From assembly GCA_963810935.1 (NCBI GenBank), contig CAWEPK010000010.1:160001-224000 (forward strand): a DNA stretch of 64,000 nucleotides. The letters run 5' to 3'. Positions 28,413-37,981 of this stretch are shown here, piece by piece. Position numbers and translations under genes: made by a program. Origin of the DNA: an uncultured delta proteobacterium. GTDB lineage: Bacteria; Desulfobacterota; Syntrophorhabdia; Syntrophorhabdales; WCHB1-27. The notes under the pieces were generated by a model. The model made no database searches. It was given only the letters and a program-made list of their open reading frames with translations, and was not told where the DNA came from. Every line of letters starts with the position of its first letter. Positions within the stretch are counted from its first letter, which is position 1.

Positions 28413-30760
28413 AATCTTTCGTGCACCGCAATGCAAGGTCGATCGACGAGGCTGCCCGGCTCCTGAAAAAGAATAAAGGTAAGGCGAAGGTTAACGCGGG
28501 CGGCACTGACCTTCTGAATGCGCTCAAGGACGAGTTCCTGCCCGATTACCCGGAGACCATCATCAACATTAAGGGCATCGAGGGGCTGAGTTATATAAGA
28601 CAGGACAAGGGGGGCTTGAAGATAGGCGCGGCAACGCCTTTATCGGAGATAGCCGCCTCGCCCGCAGTTAAGGAAGGCTATGGGCTGCTCGCGGAATGCG
28701 CCAGGTCTGTGGCCACGCCCGCCATAAGGAACATGGCGACCATCGGCGGCAACATGGCCCAGGACGTGCGGTGCTGGTACTATAGGTATCCGTTCCACCT
28801 GGGAGGCCCCATCGTCTGTCTGAGAAAGGGCGGCAAGACCTGCGACGCCCTCAACGGGGACCACAGATATCACTCGGTATTCGGGGCTGCCCCTATGGAG
28901 AAGACCCCCTGCTCGGCAGGCTGCCCTTCGGGGATCGACATCCCGGCATATATGGAAAACGTAAGGGAAGGCAAGTTGGCCGAAGCCGCCCGCATCCTGA
29001 TCGATTATAACCCGATGCCCGCTGTCACGGGCCGGGTATGCCCTACCTTCTGCGAGCCGGAATGCAACCGGGCCGCAATCGACGCGCCCGTCGCCGTAAG
29101 GTGCGTAGAGCGCTCCGTAGGCGATTACATGCTTGAGAACGCCGATCTTATATTCAGGCCGCCTGCGTCAGAGTCCGGGAAGAGCGTTGCGGTTGTCGGC
29201 TCCGGGCCGGCGGGCCTTGCGGCAGCTTTTTACCTGCGGAGATTGGGCCATAAGGTCACGGTCTTCGAAAGACTATCGGAGGCGGGGGGTATGCTTATCT
29301 ATGCGATACCGCCCTACCGTCTGCCGAAGGACATAGTCGGAAAACAGATCGAAGCACTCAAAAAGACGGGCATCGAGATCCGTACAGGCGTTGCGGCAGG
29401 CAAGAAAGAGTCCGTCCCAGGCATGATTCGCCGGTTCGACGCAGTCTTCATCGCGGCCGGCGCGTGGAAGGAGCGGCCGATGGGCATCAAGGGGGAGGCG
29501 CTCACCTCTTCCGGCCTTGCGTTCCTGGGCCGCATGAATGTGGGCCGGAGGGAGATACCGGGCAAGAACGTCGCCGTTATCGGCGGCGGCAACGTCGCCC
29601 TCGACGTGGCGCGGACGCTGCTCAGGCTAGGCGCCAAGCCGTTAGTCGTCTACCGGCGGACCAGGGCACAGATGCCCGCGCTCGCCGACGAGGTAGAAAA
29701 GGCACTCGAAGAAGGCGTCCGTTTCCGCTTCCTGACGCTGCCGAAACAAGCGTCGAAGGAGGGGCGTGCTACAAAGCTCACGTGCACGCGCGCAAAATTA
29801 GGGGCGCCTGACGCCTCCGGGCGGCGCAGTCCCGTGGAGATACCGGGCTCGGAGTTCACCCTGAAGTTCGATGCGGTAATAAAAGCAATCGGGGAAACGC
29901 CCGACGTTGCTTTCCTTCCTGCCGCCATGCAGATAAAGGCGCGCCAAAAAGGTGAGCACGCGCGCCTGCTCGGCGGAAAAGTCTTCGCAGGCGGCGACTT
30001 CCTGACAGGGCCTTCGACCGTTATCGAGGCATTGGCCGCAGGGAAAGAGGCGGCCGGCCTCATAGACGCGTCGCTTAAAGCGAAAAACGCATCAACGGGG
30101 ACGAGGTCCGCAGTCCGTCAAACAAAGCCGTATTTCGAGGCGGCGCCTCGCCTGTCCGTCCGGGAGGCGGCCGCAGCGGACCGGATCAAAAACATTGACG
30201 CAGAGGAGACGCAGGGTGTCGCCGCGAAGGCAATCCGGCAAGAGGCGGGCAGGTGCCTCGATTGCGGCTGCCTGGCGGTAAACCCTTCCGATATAGGGAT
30301 TGCGCTCATTGCGCTCAACGCAAAAGTCGTGACTACGAAAGGGACGATAGGCGCGCAGGATTTTTTTGCGGCAACCGCCACGTCCTCGACCGTCCTTGAG
30401 TCCGACGAGCTGATAACCGAAATCGTGGTCCCCAGACCGCCCGCAGGCGCTCGCCAGGACTACAGTAAATTTACACTCAGGGCGCCTGTCGATTTTGCCA
30501 TGGTGAGTGTCGGCACCCTCATTGACGCACCCAACGGCTCGTGCAAAGAGGCCCGCATCGTCCTCGGCGCGCTCGGCCCGACACCCGTGCGGGCAACCGC
30601 AGCGGAAAAACTGCTCAAGGGGCGGAAGATCGACGACGAGATCGCGGGGCGGGCTGCGGAGGCCGCCCTTGCAGGCGCCTATCCTCTTGGGATGAACGGA
30701 TACAAGGTAGAGATAGCGAAATCGCTTATAAGGGAGGCGATACTGAAAAACGGAAAGTAG
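28409..30760 (+). CDS. FAD-binding subunit (PaoB/HcrB-like) with an inserted GltD-like Fe-S/FAD/NAD(P)H oxidoreductase module
   Basis: AGGTDL, IRNMATIGGN, RCWYYR..C.RKGG..C..HSVFG; then PC...CP, GRVCP..CE..C.R, GSGPAG, GGGNVA, EAGRCLDCG; then CLAVNPSD and a CoxM C-terminal domain. Confidence 0.9.
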   Translation: MKSFVHRNARSIDEAARLLKKNKGKAKVNAGGTDLLNALKDEFLPDYPETIINIKGIEGLSYIRQDKGGLKIGAATPLSEIAASPAVKEGYGLLAECARSVATPAIRNMATIGGNMAQDVRCWYYRYPFHLGGPIVCLRKGGKTCDALNGDHRYHSVFGAAPMEKTPCSAGCPSGIDIPAYMENVREGKLAEAARILIDYNPMPAVTGRVCPTFCEPECNRAAIDAPVAVRCVERSVGDYMLENADLIFRPPASESGKSVAVVGSGPAGLAAAFYLRRLGHKVTVFERLSEAGGMLIYAIPPYRLPKDIVGKQIEALKKTGIEIRTGVAAGKKESVPGMIRRFDAVFIAAGAWKERPMGIKGEALTSSGLAFLGRMNVGRREIPGKNVAVIGGGNVALDVARTLLRLGAKPLVVYRRTRAQMPALADEVEKALEEGVRFRFLTLPKQASKEGRATKLTCTRAKLGAPDASGRRSPVEIPGSEFTLKFDAVIKAIGETPDVAFLPAAMQIKARQKGEHARLLGGKVFAGGDFLTGPSTVIEALAAGKEAAGLIDASLKAKNASTGTRSAVRQTKPYFEAAPRLSVREAAAADRIKNIDAEETQGVAAKAIRQEAGRCLDCGCLAVNPSDIGIALIALNAKVVTTKGTIGAQDFFAATATSSTVLESDELITEIVVPRPPAGARQDYSKFTLRAPVDFAMVSVGTLIDAPNGSCKEARIVLGALGPTPVRATAAEKLLKGRKIDDEIAGRAAEAALAGAYPLGMNGYKVEIAKSLIREAILKNGK

Positions 30761-30790
30761 CCCGCCTTTTGGGGCAAAGGAGGGGCGCTC

Positions 30791-32434
30791 ATGCCTATAG
30801 AAGGGTTCAATCCATACAGGCCGGAGGATGCGGCGAGGTACAACAAATACCGGTGGTGGCTGGGCATCACCTGGGGGGACATGTTCGATAAGGCGACGGA
30901 CCTCTACCCGGACAAGGAGGGCCTGGTCGACGATACAAACCGCTTCACTTATCGGCAGCTTCGCCGGATGGTGGACAGCCTTGCGGTGGGGTTCATGGAC
31001 CTCGGGATCGGGCAGCGCGATTTCGTGCTCGTCCAGATCCCCAACTGGCACGAATACATCATCACTTTTTACGCATTACAGAAGATAGGCGCCATACCGG
31101 TCCTTTTGATCGCCAGGCACGGCCTCGCGGAAATCCTTCATATCGCTTCGCTGACCAACCCTGTCGCGTGGATAGGACCGGACCGCTACAGGAACACCGA
31201 GTTCCTGCCCATGCTGAAGCAGGTCACGGAAAAGAACCCGCGCCTGCGCCACTTGATATCGGTACGGGGACAGAGCGCGGAATTCAGACCCCTGGAGTCG
31301 TTGATGAGGCCGCGCGAGCTTTCTACCACAGACCTGGAGGCGATAGCCGCCCGGCGTCCCGACCCGATGGAGGTATCGATGATACTCCTGACGGGAGGCA
31401 CTACCGGGCTGCCCAAGGCCGTGCCCAGGACCCACAACGACTATATCGCCAGCGTGGAGTACCATTCGAGGCCGTGGGAGATCACGAGCAGCGACGTGCT
31501 CCTTACAGTGGCCCCCGTGAGCCACGCCCAGGGCATGCACAACGGAGTGGGCGGGGCTTTTTTCAACTTCGCGAAGTACGTGGTCACCGATTCCACGGAG
31601 GCGGAGGACATTTGCAGGGTTATCGAGCGTGAAAAGGTCACGGCCTTCCCTACCGTGCCCGCTCTCGTCCAAAGGATCGTCACCCTCCCGAACCTCGGGG
31701 ATTTCGACCTAAGCTCGCTAAAGAAGATTTACGCGGGCGGCGCGCCGAGCACACCCGAGCTGGTAAGGAGCGTTTACGAAAAAATAGGCTGTAAATTCGT
31801 GAACACCCTGGGGGCTGCCGAAGGCCTCGGCGCGATGACGCGCCTCGACGCCGACGTCGAGACCGTTTGCACCACCGTCGGCCAAAAGGACTGTCCCTAT
31901 TCTTATTACAAGGTGATCGACCAGTACGGGCAGGCGTTGCCGGCCAACCGCGAAGGGGAGCTGGTCGCAAAAGGCCCGAACATTTTCTCCGGCTATTTTA
32001 AATCCGAAGAGGACAACAAAACAATCTTCACGGCGGACGGGTTTTTCAAGACGGGCGATCTGGCCAGGATCGACGAATCGGGGACGATGACGATAACGGG
32101 CAGGATCAAGGAGACGATCCTTCGCGGCGGGGAGACGATTAGCGCGGTCGCCATCGAGCATATGATCTGTGCCCATCCGGACGTCGAGGACGCGGCGGTC
32201 ATAGGCATGCCTGACCCCACGTTCGGCGAGCGCATCTGCGCATACGTAAGTCTGAAGGAAGGGAAAAGCCTCACCCTTACCGAGCTCGTATCTTTTCTGC
32301 GGCGCAACGGCGCTTCAGTCCTCCAACTACCGGAGCGCCTGGAGACGGTGGATACCATCCCGCTCACAAAGGTGGGAAAGGCAGACAAGCTGGCCCTCAA
32401 GGGGGACATCAAGAAGAAGCTCGGCCTTACATAG
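30791..32434 (+). CDS. Aryl-acid adenylating enzyme / CoA ligase (DhbE-like)
   Basis: TGGTTGLPKAVPRTHNDY, GAAEG, FKTGDL, GRIKETILRGGETIS, TKVGK. Confidence 0.9.
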   Translation: MPIEGFNPYRPEDAARYNKYRWWLGITWGDMFDKATDLYPDKEGLVDDTNRFTYRQLRRMVDSLAVGFMDLGIGQRDFVLVQIPNWHEYIITFYALQKIGAIPVLLIARHGLAEILHIASLTNPVAWIGPDRYRNTEFLPMLKQVTEKNPRLRHLISVRGQSAEFRPLESLMRPRELSTTDLEAIAARRPDPMEVSMILLTGGTTGLPKAVPRTHNDYIASVEYHSRPWEITSSDVLLTVAPVSHAQGMHNGVGGAFFNFAKYVVTDSTEAEDICRVIEREKVTAFPTVPALVQRIVTLPNLGDFDLSSLKKIYAGGAPSTPELVRSVYEKIGCKFVNTLGAAEGLGAMTRLDADVETVCTTVGQKDCPYSYYKVIDQYGQALPANREGELVAKGPNIFSGYFKSEEDNKTIFTADGFFKTGDLARIDESGTMTITGRIKETILRGGETISAVAIEHMICAHPDVEDAAVIGMPDPTFGERICAYVSLKEGKSLTLTELVSFLRRNGASVLQLPERLETVDTIPLTKVGKADKLALKGDIKKKLGLT

Positions 32435-32467
32435 ACCGCGGGAACCAGAAACTGAAGGAGGCGGTAC

Positions 32468-34075
32468 ATGGACAGGAGCATGATACTCAAGGAGCTTTGC
32501 CGGTACAGGATCGACACCTATGCCGATGTGATATACAGAAACGCCCTGCTGCGGCCGGATGACCTGGCGTTTGCGTGCGGAGAAAAGAGGGTCAGCTTCG
32601 CGGACTTCAACGGGCGGGTAAACAGCATTGTCTGGGGCTTGCGCTCGCTGGGGCTGAAGAAAGGCGACGGCATCGGCGTCCTTGCCTGGAACTGTCTCGA
32701 ATGTACCGATGTTAACGGCGCGGCAATGAAGGGCGGCTTCATCGTATCGCCGTTCAGCCCGAGGCTGCAAGGCCAGGAGCTGGAGTACCTCATCAATTAT
32801 TCCGAGGTCAAGGCGCTCTTCGTCGGCCCGGACTTCATCGAAGAGGCGGAGCGGCTGCGGCCGCGCCTCCCCAACGTGCGCCACTATATCTGCCTGGAAG
32901 GCGAAGCGGCCGGCATGATTCCGCACAGCCGCCTTCTTGCGGACTTCACGACGGACGAGCCGGATGAAGACGTAAAGGAAGACGACCCGTTCATCATATT
33001 TTTCACTAGCGGGACGACCGGCATCCCCCGGGGGGCCGTCTATTCGCACATCCGCAAGCTTTCGGAGGCCCGGACAAAGGCCCTGCAGGTGGGCTTGAGG
33101 CCCGGATTGAAGCACATTATGATCCTGCCCCTCTTCCATATAGGCGGCTGGTCGCACTTCTGGTCGTTCTTTTATGTCGGGGCAAGCAACGTCATCGTCG
33201 AAAAAGGGGCCTTCGACCCGGCCGGGACGCTTCAGATCGTTCAGGACGAGAAGGCGACGGACATTCATATAGTACCGACGCACCTCGTCTCCTTTCTTCG
33301 CGTCCCCGATGTGGGCCGCTACGACCTGAGTAAATTATTGAGGATGTGGTATGCGTCCTCGCCGATGCCTACCGAATTGCTCCGCAGGGGCATCGATGCT
33401 TTCGGAGAGATTTTCGCGCAGGGCTACGGCCAGTCGGAATCGGGGCCCGACATCTCCATACTGTCGAAAGAATCACACGAGGTCCTCGGAAAAGGTCCCG
33501 AAGAACAGAAAGTGCTGGCGTCCGCCGGGCAGCCCTGCATCGGCGTGCACGCGAGGATCGTTGACGACGACGGCAAGGACGCCCGGCCGGGGGCAGTCGG
33601 AGAGATAGTGCTGCAGAGCAAGGCGATCATGGTCGGCTACTGGAAGAAGCCCGAGGAGACGCAAAGCGCGATGGCGGGCGGCTGGCTGCACACGGGCGAC
33701 ATGGGATATTACGACGACAAGGGCTTTATCTACATCGTCGACCGCAAGAAAGACATGATAATAACGGGCGGGGAAAACGTCTACCCGAGAGAGATCGAAG
33801 AGGTCCTTTACGCCCATCCGGCCGTGCTGGAGGCGTCTGTTTTCGGGGTGCCGGACGAAAGATGGGTCGAGCGGGTCCACGCAGTCATCGTGCTGAAAGA
33901 CGGGCAAACCGAGACCGCGGAAGGGATAATCGCCTTCTGCAAAGAACGGCTCGCACGATACAAGGCGCCGGGTTCGGTAGAGTTCGTCAAGTCCCTGCCG
34001 AAAAATCCGCAGGGGAAGATCCTGAAACGGGACATCCGGCAAAAGTACTGGGAAGGAAAAGACCGGAAGATATAG
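32468..34075 (+). CDS. Acyl-CoA synthetase (FadD-like)
   Basis: FTSGTTGIPRG, GYGQSE, WLHTGDMG, DRKKDMIITGGENVYP, PKNPQGKI. Confidence 0.92.
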   Translation: MDRSMILKELCRYRIDTYADVIYRNALLRPDDLAFACGEKRVSFADFNGRVNSIVWGLRSLGLKKGDGIGVLAWNCLECTDVNGAAMKGGFIVSPFSPRLQGQELEYLINYSEVKALFVGPDFIEEAERLRPRLPNVRHYICLEGEAAGMIPHSRLLADFTTDEPDEDVKEDDPFIIFFTSGTTGIPRGAVYSHIRKLSEARTKALQVGLRPGLKHIMILPLFHIGGWSHFWSFFYVGASNVIVEKGAFDPAGTLQIVQDEKATDIHIVPTHLVSFLRVPDVGRYDLSKLLRMWYASSPMPTELLRRGIDAFGEIFAQGYGQSESGPDISILSKESHEVLGKGPEEQKVLASAGQPCIGVHARIVDDDGKDARPGAVGEIVLQSKAIMVGYWKKPEETQSAMAGGWLHTGDMGYYDDKGFIYIVDRKKDMIITGGENVYPREIEEVLYAHPAVLEASVFGVPDERWVERVHAVIVLKDGQTETAEGIIAFCKERLARYKAPGSVEFVKSLPKNPQGKILKRDIRQKYWEGKDRKI

Positions 34076-34102
34076 GGCTTACCGGCTGTCCCCATATATA
34101 GC

Positions 34103-34690
34103 CTAGTGGAAGAACGGAAGGTGGAAGAGCATCGTATATCCGTTGAGCGAGAGCACGGCGCCGAGCACCGCAAAAACCACCGAGAAAATGAAGGCAGGCA
34201 TGGATGCCGATAGGATGGCTATCGAAGCCATGACTACCGATATCTGGAGAAGCGCCTCGGCGAAGTCGAAGTAAGGGTCGCGCTTCTTGTAGATGTCCCG
34301 CTCGTGCTCGGCCTTTTTCGCCTCGCGCTCGATCTCTTTCTTCTCTGACGCGTACCGGGCCTCTTCTTCCGCCATTTTGTTGATCCGGGCCTGGAAATGC
34401 TCGCGCACCTCCGCACGCATGGTCCCCTGCCTCTCGATAAAATTGGCTTCCATGCTCAGCCGCTGCACGCGGTACATGTTTTCCCGCATCGCCTTCGCCT
34501 GGTAATACGCCCATTGGTTAGATGCCTCCTGCTGGAAGAGCAGCATTTCTTTCATGGCGTTGTTGCCGCCGAGCGCCGTTATCGCCAGGGCCACAGCATA
34601 GCATGCCGTAGCAAGGGCCACACGTTTCGTAAACGTCTTGGAACCCGCTTCTTCAAGCTCGTGGACGTTCGGCAGCTCGGTTTCCGCCAT
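34103..34690 (-). CDS. DUF4337-family membrane protein
   Basis: ASNQWAYYQAK motif, coiled coil, LLQISVVMAS TM end; GAGGAGG RBS. Confidence 0.85.
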   Translation of the reverse strand: MAETELPNVHELEEAGSKTFTKRVALATACYAVALAITALGGNNAMKEMLLFQQEASNQWAYYQAKAMRENMYRVQRLSMEANFIERQGTMRAEVREHFQARINKMAEEEARYASEKKEIEREAKKAEHERDIYKKRDPYFDFAEALLQISVVMASIAILSASMPAFIFSVVFAVLGAVLSLNGYTMLFHLPFFH

Positions 34691-34855
34691 GATGACCTCC
34701 TCGCATTTTTTCCCCCCGGCCGCTTTCAAAAGCAGCGGAGACGGGCGTGGGGTCAATTATACTATGGGCGCCATCCGGGGAGCAAGGTCGTCCCCGGAGT
34801 ACCCGCCGGCGGCCTGCACGGGGTACACTTTTTTCCACAAACCCCCATCCGCTGG

Positions 34856-34884
34856 TTGACAAAAGATAGGGGCGTTACCAGATT
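34856..34884 (+). promoter_or_regulatory. Possible sigma70 promoter of the glycan locus
   Basis: TTGACA-17 nt-CAGATT (weak -10). Confidence 0.4.
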
Positions 34885-35048
34885 TCTCATAGGGGTTAAG
34901 GGGCGCCCCGTAAAAAGTCGCATTCGCCTGCTTCCATTACGGCGCTCCTTTAATTTAACGTACGTCCTGCCAATCTGTGACATTCCCCATAACCATCCGT
35001 GATCGAATCGTGGCCTGTCCATTTCATTCGCCGGCGTCCAGGGCTAAC

Positions 35049-35060
35049 GGCGGTAGCGCA
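35049..35060 (+). promoter_or_regulatory. ops-like element (RfaH/NusG-paralog loading site)
   Basis: GGCGGTAGCGCA, ~90 nt upstream of the first gene of a long polysaccharide operon. Confidence 0.6.
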
Positions 35061-35145
35061 CCCGGCTTAAGGCCTCGGGCCGCACCGGCCTGGGTCAAAA
35101 TCATGAGGAGCACGTTTCCACGACGTTCCACCCACGGGAGTGTTC

Positions 35146-37054
35146 ATGTCTACAATAGCGCATCAGCAATTCTTCCCGAGCATCTTCAACGATTTCAGGC
35201 GCGTGGCAGTGATCGGCTCCGACATCGGATTGATATGCCTTTCGTATATCTCTGCCTTTGCCGTCCGGTTCGAGATGGGCATCCCCCCGGACATCGCCAG
35301 GGTAATGCTCCACACACTGCCGCTCGTCATCCTGGTCCGGTTCGCGACTTTCTGGTATTGCGGGATGTACAGGGGGCTGTGGAGGTTCGCCAGCGTCATC
35401 GACACTTTTCAGATCGTCAAGTCGGTCCTCATAAGCTCCGTGCTCCTGATAGTTACCTTCTATTTGATCAACAAATTTGACGGCTATCCGAGGAGCATAT
35501 TCCTCATAGACGGCCTTTGCCTGTTCGTCCTCGTCGGCGGGTCTCGGTTCATCACCCCCTTCATCAGCGAGATTAAGCGCGTTAAGGACCCCGGCGGGAA
35601 GAGGATATTGATCGTCGGCGCGGGCTCGGCCGGTGAATCGGTCCTCCGCCAGATCATCAAGACGCCTTCTCTCCACTATAAGCCCGTGGGGCTCATCGAC
35701 GACGACCCGAAAAAAGCGGGCCTGTCGATCCACGGCACAAAAGTGCTCGGGGGCGCTTCGAAAATACCGGAGATAGTGAGACAGACTCCGTGCGGAAGAG
35801 ATCATATTCGCCGTCCCGTCGGCAACCGGCAGCCAGATGCGGCGCATAGTCGATATATGCAAAGAGTGCGGAGTGGCCTACAAGACCTTACCCAGCATTG
35901 CGGACATCATGGACGGAAAGGCGAACGTCGGCGCGCTCCGGCAGGTCGATTTCGCGGACCTGATCGGCCGCCCTCCGGTAAGGCTCGATACGAAAGGCAT
36001 CAGGGAGTACCTGGACGGAAGGACGGTACTGGTCACCGGATGCGGGGGCTCGATAGGGTCCGAGCTGTGCCGGCAGATCGTCCGGTTCGGGCCGGGACAG
36101 ATCGTCCTTATGGATTCGTCCGAAGAAAACCTGTTCAAGATCCAGATGCAGTTAAAGCACGAGATGCACTTCCCTGCCATCCTCCCCGTCCTAGGCCGTG
36201 TGCAGAACCGCCCTCTCACCGAGAGTGTCTTCCAAAGATATTCTCCCGAGGTCGTCTTCCACGCGGCAGCGTGCAAGCACGTGCCTATGGCTGAAATCAA
36301 TCCCTGGGAAGCGGTATTCAATAACGTCATGGCGAGCCGGGTGCTTACCGATCTGGCAGTCGACCACGGGGTGCATCGGTGCGTCTTCGTCTCTACCGAC
36401 AAGGCGGTGCAGCCGTCGAACGTGATGGGCGCCACCAAGCGCATTACGGAGCTGCTGATCCATAGCGCCGAAGGCCCCGGATCGCGCTTCATGGCTGTCA
36501 GGTTCGGCAACGTAGTGGGGTCCTCGGGATCGGTCGTCCCCCTGTTCAGGCGGCAGATTGAGTACGGCGGGCCGGTGACCGTGACTGCGCCGGAGGCGAC
36601 CCGCTACTTCATGACCATCCCGGAGGCCGTCCAGTTGATCCTCCAGGCAGCCGCCCTCGGGAGGGGCGGCGAAATCTTCGTCCTCGATATGGGCACCCCC
36701 ATCAAGATAGTCGACCTCGCCCTGGACCTCATCCGGCTTTCCGGAAAGGAGCCGGAGAGGGACATCGAGATCGTGTTCACGGGCTTAAGGGAAGGAGAGA
36801 AGCTTCACGAAAAGCTGGCAACGCCGGACGAATCTTTGCTGCCGACAAGCCACGAAAAGATACTCGTCCTCAAGAACGGCGTACCTCGTAACGGGTTCGC
36901 CTCTAAGACCGACTTCAAGGTTTGGCTCTACGGTAAGCTGGAGGAGCTGAACCGGGCGGCCCTCGCCTTTGACTCGGAGGGGATCAAACAGAAGATGCAG
37001 GAGATCGTGCCCGAATATACGCCCAACGACACGAAAAGCGTATTGAGGAACTGA
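35146..37054 (+). CDS. Membrane-bound nucleotide-sugar 4,6-dehydratase (CapD/WbpM/PglF-like; apparent +1 frameshift at ~35785)
   Basis: N-terminal TMs, GMYRGLWRF, GAGSAG, TGCGGSIGSELCRQ, FHAAACKHVP, STDKAV, MGATKR, RFGNVVGSSGSV, TRYFMTIPEA. Removing one A fuses the two ORFs (VRQLRAEEIIFAVPS). Confidence 0.92.
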
Positions 37055-37980
37055 TGGCGGAGGAGGCCGGTCTGTTGAACCTTGTCCCTATTGCTGCGGC
37101 TTTTCTGTCGGCCCTCATTCTGACCCCGGTCGGCATTCTCCTGTCCAGGAGGACGCCCCTCGTTGATACGCCCGACGGCACTACCCTTAAGATACACGGC
37201 CGCCCCGTGCCGAACCCCGGAGGGTTGATACTGGCCGCCTCCCTGCTCCCTGTTGTAGTCCTCTTTGCGTGGCACGGCAGGGAGATGCGTGTAATTATAA
37301 TAGGTGCGATGGCCTCTCTTGGCCTGGGACTGATCGATGACCTTAAAGGTTTGAAGCCGTTGACCAGGCTCCTTGCCGAGACGGCCCTTGCCTGCGGCGT
37401 GGCATGGGGAGGACTGACGGCTGCCCTTTTCCACTCGCCCGTCCTTGATTGTGCGCTTGCCGCGCTGATCGTAGTCAGCGCCATAAATGCCGTTAACCTT
37501 CTGGACGGCATGGACGGCCTTGCCTCCGGCGTAGTCGCCATCTGTTGCGCCGCCTTTGCAGTCTTCTCGTACTTTAAGGGCGACCAGCCGGCCTTTCTAC
37601 TTACGTCTGTCGCCCTTGCTGCCTTCGTCGGTTTCCTGCCGTACAATTTTCATCCGGCGTCGATCTTCCTCGGCAACTCGGGCAGCTCGCTATCCGGCTT
37701 TCTCCTTGCCGGATTGATGATCCTCTCATTGCGCGCCGCGCCGACGCCCGCAGGGTTCGCAGGGTCCCTGCTCATCGTCGGCCTTCCGGCCGCAGACACG
37801 GCCTTTGCGATTTTAAGGCGAATAAGGTCCGGAAGACGCATTACGGTGGGCGACCGCGACCATTTCTACGACAAGCTGCTAAGGAAAGGTTTTTCGCAGA
37901 AGCAATCGGCAGTCATCGGATACACCGCCGCCGCGTCATTTGCGGCTTTGGGTCTCGCCCTCCTTCTTGCAGGAGCCTGA
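37054..37980 (+). CDS. MraY/WecA-family undecaprenyl-phosphate sugar-1-phosphate transferase
   Basis: GLIDD, NAVNLLDGMDGL, NFHPASIFLG, DRDH. Confidence 0.92.
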   Translation: MAEEAGLLNLVPIAAAFLSALILTPVGILLSRRTPLVDTPDGTTLKIHGRPVPNPGGLILAASLLPVVVLFAWHGREMRVIIIGAMASLGLGLIDDLKGLKPLTRLLAETALACGVAWGGLTAALFHSPVLDCALAALIVVSAINAVNLLDGMDGLASGVVAICCAAFAVFSYFKGDQPAFLLTSVALAAFVGFLPYNFHPASIFLGNSGSSLSGFLLAGLMILSLRAAPTPAGFAGSLLIVGLPAADTAFAILRRIRSGRRITVGDRDHFYDKLLRKGFSQKQSAVIGYTAAASFAALGLALLLAGA

Positions 37981-37981
37981 T

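Noticed and set aside
26091..28436. 781-aa minus-strand ORF
   Set aside because: Antisense shadow of the molybdopterin subunit.
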